The notes below the pieces were generated by a model that did no database searches, had not been told where the DNA came from, and saw nothing but the letters and a program-made list of their open reading frames with translations. Shown piece after piece: positions 32,876 to 36,271 of a DNA stretch of 36,271 bases (position 1 is the stretch's first letter; each line of letters opens with the position of its first letter). A program made the translations under genes and the position numbers. This stretch comes from an uncultured Thermoanaerobaculia bacterium (GTDB taxonomy: Bacteria > Acidobacteriota > Thermoanaerobaculia > Multivoradales > DATKCC01). The stretch is from the NCBI GenBank assembly GCA_964539125.1, contig CAZIIB010000002.1, forward strand, positions 1 to 36,271. The letters run 5' to 3'.

Positions 32876-33706
32876 ATGGCAGGGAGCGAGGAGATCGGGA
32901 CGTCCGAGGCGCTGCCCGCGCGCCGGTTCCGCATCTACAACGTCGGCATCGCCAAGACCGGCACCACCTCCATCGCCGGCATCTTCGGGCGTTACAGGTC
33001 GGCGCACGAGTACATGTTCCAGGAGACGGTGGAGCGGATCTCGGCCTGGCACCGAGGCGAGATCTCGGACGAGGACCTCCGGGAGCACGTGCTGCGGCGG
33101 GACCGGGAGGGCAACCTCGAGCTCGACTCCGCGAGCTTCAACCACCACTTCCTCCCCATCCTCGTCGAGGAGTTCCCGGACAGCAAGTTCATCTTCACCG
33201 TGCGCGACTGCTTCTCCTGGCTCGACTCCATCGTCGCCATGGGTCTCCAGGCCGGAAGCGGGGTGCCCGACTGGATGGTCGAGTACGGCCGGTTTCTGGC
33301 GAGCGACAGGGTGGGACGGTCTTCGATCGCCGCCCCGTTCGACATCCTCAAGGCCCTGCCCGACCTGGTGGACGGCCTGTTTCGCTACTGGAGCGAGATG
33401 AACGGGAGGGTGCTCGCGCTGCTTCCGGAAGGCCGGTCGCTGATCGTGCGCACGGACGAGCTCTCGAGCTCCCTGGATCGCCTGGCGCTGTTCGCCGGAG
33501 TGCCGCGCGACACGCTGGTGGGGCGGGCGAAGCACGAGAACCGGGCCACGGGACGGATCGACGTCTTGCCGAGCCTGGACCCGGCCCTGGTGGAGGAACG
33601 GTACGCCGCGCGTTGCCGGCCGCTGATGGAGCGTCTCTTCCCGGATCTCGCCTCCAGGCCCCGCCCGTCCTCCGGCCGGTCCCCGCTCCCGGAGACGACG
33701 GTTTGA
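32876..33706 (+). CDS. PAPS-dependent sulfotransferase-like protein
   Basis: Start taken at ATG 32876. The listed start at 32777 overlaps the MFS gene and encodes an Arg/Pro-rich stretch. 5'-PSB-like loop VGIAKTGTTSI (compare PKxGTT). 3'-PB-like FTVRDCFSWLDS (compare RDPxxxxxS). About 276 aa, typical for cytosolic/bacterial sulfotransferases. Confidence 0.6.
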   Translation: MAGSEEIGTSEALPARRFRIYNVGIAKTGTTSIAGIFGRYRSAHEYMFQETVERISAWHRGEISDEDLREHVLRRDREGNLELDSASFNHHFLPILVEEFPDSKFIFTVRDCFSWLDSIVAMGLQAGSGVPDWMVEYGRFLASDRVGRSSIAAPFDILKALPDLVDGLFRYWSEMNGRVLALLPEGRSLIVRTDELSSSLDRLALFAGVPRDTLVGRAKHENRATGRIDVLPSLDPALVEERYAARCRPLMERLFPDLASRPRPSSGRSPLPETTV

Positions 33707-33721
33707 CGGCGCCGGCCGTCA
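33704..33721. terminator. Stop-to-stop hairpin between convergent genes (possible bidirectional terminator)
   Basis: TGACGGC-GCCG-GCCGTCA is a perfect 7-bp stem with a 4-nt loop. The outer triplets are the TGA stops of the + strand sulfotransferase (33704-33706) and the - strand halogenase (33719-33721). There is no U-tract on either side. Confidence 0.35.
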
Positions 33722-35089
33722 GAACCTGGGCACGAACGCCCGCACCGTCATGTCGTTGAGCAACTCGTGCCAGGGGTGCTTCGGGTTGTCCTCCACCTTC
33801 CGGACCATCTCCCGCATCTCCGCGAGCACCGGCGGCTCGTCCTGGTCGTAGACGTCGCCCTGGAGGAGCTTGAGGACGTCGAGGCGGTAGCGGGGATCTT
33901 GCACGAAGAAGGTGAACAGGACGTTCAGCCGGTAGTAGAGCGAGATGAAGCTGTGCCAGTTGTCGGCGCCGCGGCGGATCGTCTGCTGGTACTCACCGTA
34001 GGTCTCCTGGCGGAAGTCCCCCGTCTCGAGGGCCCGCAGGACGTCCCTGTGGGCAAAACGCGAGCTGTTGAGGGCGATGCTCACCCCGGTGGAGAAGATC
34101 GGATCGACGAAGCGGGCGGCGTCGCCGATCATGAGCCAGCGGTCGCCGCAGATCTGGGTCATGGCGTAGCTGTAGTCGGCCTCGTGGGTGAAGGGCCGCA
34201 CCTGGGTGGCCGCCCGGAGCCTCTCGGCCACCTCCGGTCGCGATTCCAGGGTCTTCCAGAAGAACTCCTCGCGCGACTGCCGGGACTTCGCAAAGCTCCC
34301 CCGCTGCGTGACCACGCCGATGCTGGTGAGCTCCTCGGAGATGGGGATCTGCCACGCCCAGGTGTTCGCCAGCGGCAGGAAGTGGATGAAGATGTAGTTG
34401 CGCATCAGCGGGGTCTTCGCCCAGGCGTCGCGGTCGTAGTCGCCGAACCAGGTGTGGATCGCGAACTGGTCGAACTCCTCGTCGCGGACGCGGAGCTTGA
34501 GCTGGTTGCCGAGGAGGGTGCGCCGGCCGCTGGCGTCGACGACGATCTGGGCGCTCAGCTTGGACTCCTTGCGTCCGAGGCCGAAGACGACCCGGGGCGG
34601 CGAGCCGTCGTCGAGCTCGACCTGCCGAACCCGCACTCCCTCGTAGACCTGCGCGCCGAAGCGGTGGGCGTGGAGAAGGAGCTCGTTGTCGAAGTCCGCC
34701 CGGTCGACGTGGTAGGTGTACTCCTGGTCCACGCCCGGCTGGGCTCGTTCGGCGAAGCGGACGGTGGCCTCGGTCTCCGGGTGGAGGTCCCGCTCGTCGT
34801 CGGACGCCCGGAACTCGAGGGTGTGGGAGCCGGACCGGTTGCCCGCCGTCCAGGCGGCGCCGAACTTCTTGGGGTAACTGCGTTCCTCCATCTTGTCGAG
34901 GAAGCCCAGGTCCTTGAAGACCCGCGTGGACGAGGGCACCAGAGATTCTCCGACGTGGGGCCGAGGGAAGATCTCCCCTTCGAGCACGACACAGTGGACA
35001 CCGGCCTTGGCCAGGTAGGCGGCCATGCTGGCGCCGGCCGGGCCGCCGCCGAGGATCGCGACATCGGTGTGCGTTCTGTGCGGACTCAT
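33719..35089 (-). CDS. Flavin-dependent halogenase (tryptophan-halogenase family; non-Trp, carrier-protein or small-molecule variant likely)
   Basis: FAD motif DVAILGGGPAGASMAAYLAKAG. Hallmark NTWAWQIPI (WxWxIP). FVDPIFSTGVSIAL (FxDPxFSxG). Candidate catalytic Lys in YPKKFGAAW. Preferred start is ATG at 35089 (MSPHRTHTDVAILGGG). The listed TTG at 35188 would add 33 aa. Confidence 0.85.
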   Translation of the reverse strand: MSPHRTHTDVAILGGGPAGASMAAYLAKAGVHCVVLEGEIFPRPHVGESLVPSSTRVFKDLGFLDKMEERSYPKKFGAAWTAGNRSGSHTLEFRASDDERDLHPETEATVRFAERAQPGVDQEYTYHVDRADFDNELLLHAHRFGAQVYEGVRVRQVELDDGSPPRVVFGLGRKESKLSAQIVVDASGRRTLLGNQLKLRVRDEEFDQFAIHTWFGDYDRDAWAKTPLMRNYIFIHFLPLANTWAWQIPISEELTSIGVVTQRGSFAKSRQSREEFFWKTLESRPEVAERLRAATQVRPFTHEADYSYAMTQICGDRWLMIGDAARFVDPIFSTGVSIALNSSRFAHRDVLRALETGDFRQETYGEYQQTIRRGADNWHSFISLYYRLNVLFTFFVQDPRYRLDVLKLLQGDVYDQDEPPVLAEMREMVRKVEDNPKHPWHELLNDMTVRAFVPRF

Positions 35090-35213
35090 CTGCTGGGCGT
35101 CTCGTCCTTTGGGTCGCTCGCCGGACCTCGTCTCGAACCCTGGCTGAGCGTCGCGGGAGCCTCCAGGCAACCGGGCCGGGGCCTTCAAACTTCATAGTGC
35201 ATGCGAAACAGAT

Positions 35214-35255
35214 ATTGTTGACAATAGACATGCTGACGCATATGCTTTTATGCGT
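35214..35255. promoter_or_regulatory. Two inverted repeats overlapping the -35 and -10 elements (candidate operator sites)
   Basis: ATTGT-TG-ACAAT (35214-35225) spans the -35 hexamer. ACGCATA-TGCTTT-TATGCGT (35236-35255) spans the -10 hexamer. Confidence 0.35.
35218..35246 (+). promoter_or_regulatory. Sigma-70-like promoter, TTGACA-17 nt-TATGCT, facing the SGNH hydrolase gene
   Basis: TTGACA at 35218-35223, an exact 17-nt spacer, and TATGCT at 35241-35246. It lies in the only AT-rich stretch of the window (about 35190-35260). Confidence 0.45.
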
Positions 35256-35487
35256 GGAGTCGACACAGCGCCGGAGCTCGCCCGGTGACCTCCGGCGATG
35301 CCCGGAGAGCCGGCGGAGCGCGGCGGCCCTGGGAACTCGACGAATTCCTTCGAGGGCCGGGCCCGCCGCTACCTGCCGGCCCGGGCGGGCCCCGGGTGCT
35401 TCCGATCTTCCACGGCGTGTCCACCACCGAGAGGGTCCGCTCGGAGACCATCGGCTTTCCGACCCTTCGATTCAAGGAGCAACAGTC

Positions 35488-36271
35488 ATGCCGATCCGCT
35501 TGCGTCGCTTCGCCGTTCCGGTGCTCGTGTTCGTCCTGCTCGCCGCGGCGATGGGGGCCCCGGCCACCCACGCCCAGGACACTGGGAGGGCGGACTTCTC
35601 CCGGTTCGTCACGCTCGGCGACAGCCTCGGGGCGGCCTTCTCGTCCGGTGGCCTGGTCCGCGGCGCCCAGAAGAACAGCGTCTCGGCGCTGATCGCCCGG
35701 CAGACGACGGGGCAGACGATCGAACAGCCGCTCGTCTCGGAGCCTGGGATCCCGGCGCTCCTTCACCTTACGAACCTGTCGCCGCTTGTGATCAGGCTCC
35801 TGCCGGGGTTCGGACGGCCGCTCAACCTCACCCTGCCGCGGCCGTACGACAACCTCTCGGTGCCGGGGTTCCGGCTGGGGGACGCGCTGCGCAACCGTGC
35901 CCGGCCAGCCAACAGCTACGCGCAGCTCGTTCTCCGCACCAACGCGACCATGCTCGAACAGGCCCTGGCGTTGAGGCCCACGTTCGCCCTGGTCTGGTTG
36001 GGCAGCAACGACGTCCTGGCTGCGGCCGTGAACGGGAGGGTGATCGAGGGTGCCACCATCACGCCCGTGGCCCAGTTCGAGGCCGACTACTTCGCTCTGG
36101 TCGGTACGTTGCGGGCGGCCGGTGTCGACTTGGCGCTCGCCACCATCCCGGACGTGACCTCCATTCCCTGGGTGACCACGATTCCACCGTTCCTCATCGA
36201 CCGCACGACGAACCAGCCGGTGATCGGACCGAACGGCCAGCTCATACCCATGATCGGGCCGAACGGTCCCC
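35488..36271 (+). CDS. Secreted SGNH/GDSL-family hydrolase (lipase/esterase), 3'-truncated by the window edge
   Basis: This gene is not in the ORF track because no stop is reached. I translated it by hand from ATG 35488 (AAGGAG 8 nt upstream) to the end of the window without meeting a stop. Signal peptide MPIRLRRFAVPVLVFVLLAAAMGAPATHA|QD. Block I FVTLGDSLGAAF (GDSL). Block III LVWLGSNDVL (GxND). Confidence 0.8.
   Translation, partial: MPIRLRRFAVPVLVFVLLAAAMGAPATHAQDTGRADFSRFVTLGDSLGAAFSSGGLVRGAQKNSVSALIARQTTGQTIEQPLVSEPGIPALLHLTNLSPLVIRLLPGFGRPLNLTLPRPYDNLSVPGFRLGDALRNRARPANSYAQLVLRTNATMLEQALALRPTFALVWLGSNDVLAAAVNGRVIEGATITPVAQFEADYFALVGTLRAAGVDLALATIPDVTSIPWVTTIPPFLIDRTTNQPVIGPNGQLIPMIGPNGP

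Noticed and set aside
35090-35188. TTG-initiated 33-aa N-terminal extension of the halogenase
   Set aside because: Flavin-dependent halogenases normally begin a few residues before the GxGxxG motif, and ATG 35089 gives exactly that. The extension has no coding-like features, although it cannot be excluded without 5' mapping.
35359-35392. 9-bp all-GC hairpin, considered as an intrinsic terminator or attenuator
   Set aside because: No U-tract follows it, and no upstream gene reads into it in either orientation. Such stems are common by chance in GC-rich DNA. It is kept only as part of the low-interest leader observation.
35248-35766. Listed ORFs 35248-35766 (-) and 35285-35692 (+) around the SGNH gene start
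   Set aside because: Both are alternative-frame or antisense shadows. The hand-translated frame from ATG 35488 has a Shine-Dalgarno sequence, a signal peptide and GDSL/GxND blocks, and it stays open to the window end.

Overview
This GC-rich bacterial window (third codon positions are almost always G/C) is dominated by one large hybrid NRPS / type I PKS biosynthetic gene cluster that I do not recognise as any characterised pathway. Twelve co-directional + strand genes span nt 1-33706, and many are translationally coupled through ATGA-type overlaps. They encode: (1) a 5'-truncated PEP-utilising, rifampin-phosphotransferase-like dikinase; (2) a lipo-initiation megasynthetase, FAAL-ACP-C-A-PCP, whose glycine-like A domain is split by a luciferase-like monooxygenase (MOx) domain; (3) four PKS proteins: KS-AT-KR-T, KS-AT0-T with a dead and internally deleted AT, KS-AT-KR-T fused to a degenerate AadA/ANT-like nucleotidyltransferase-fold domain, and KS-AT-KR-DH-T with the DH placed after the KR; (4) a stand-alone ANT-like nucleotidyltransferase paralogue; (5) a GT4 glycosyltransferase; (6) a stand-alone enoylreductase with an N-terminal docking-like helix; (7) an HXXEE membrane protein; (8) an MFS exporter; (9) a sulfotransferase. 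A flavin-dependent halogenase converges on the minus strand. It is followed by a conspicuous AT-rich promoter/operator island and a 3'-truncated secreted SGNH/GDSL hydrolase. I see no thioesterase, reductase or terminal C off-loading domain, and no PPTase, regulator, tRNA, CRISPR array or mobile element. All calls come from reading motifs by eye in the supplied translations. No database search was run, and domain boundaries are approximate (about +/-30 nt).
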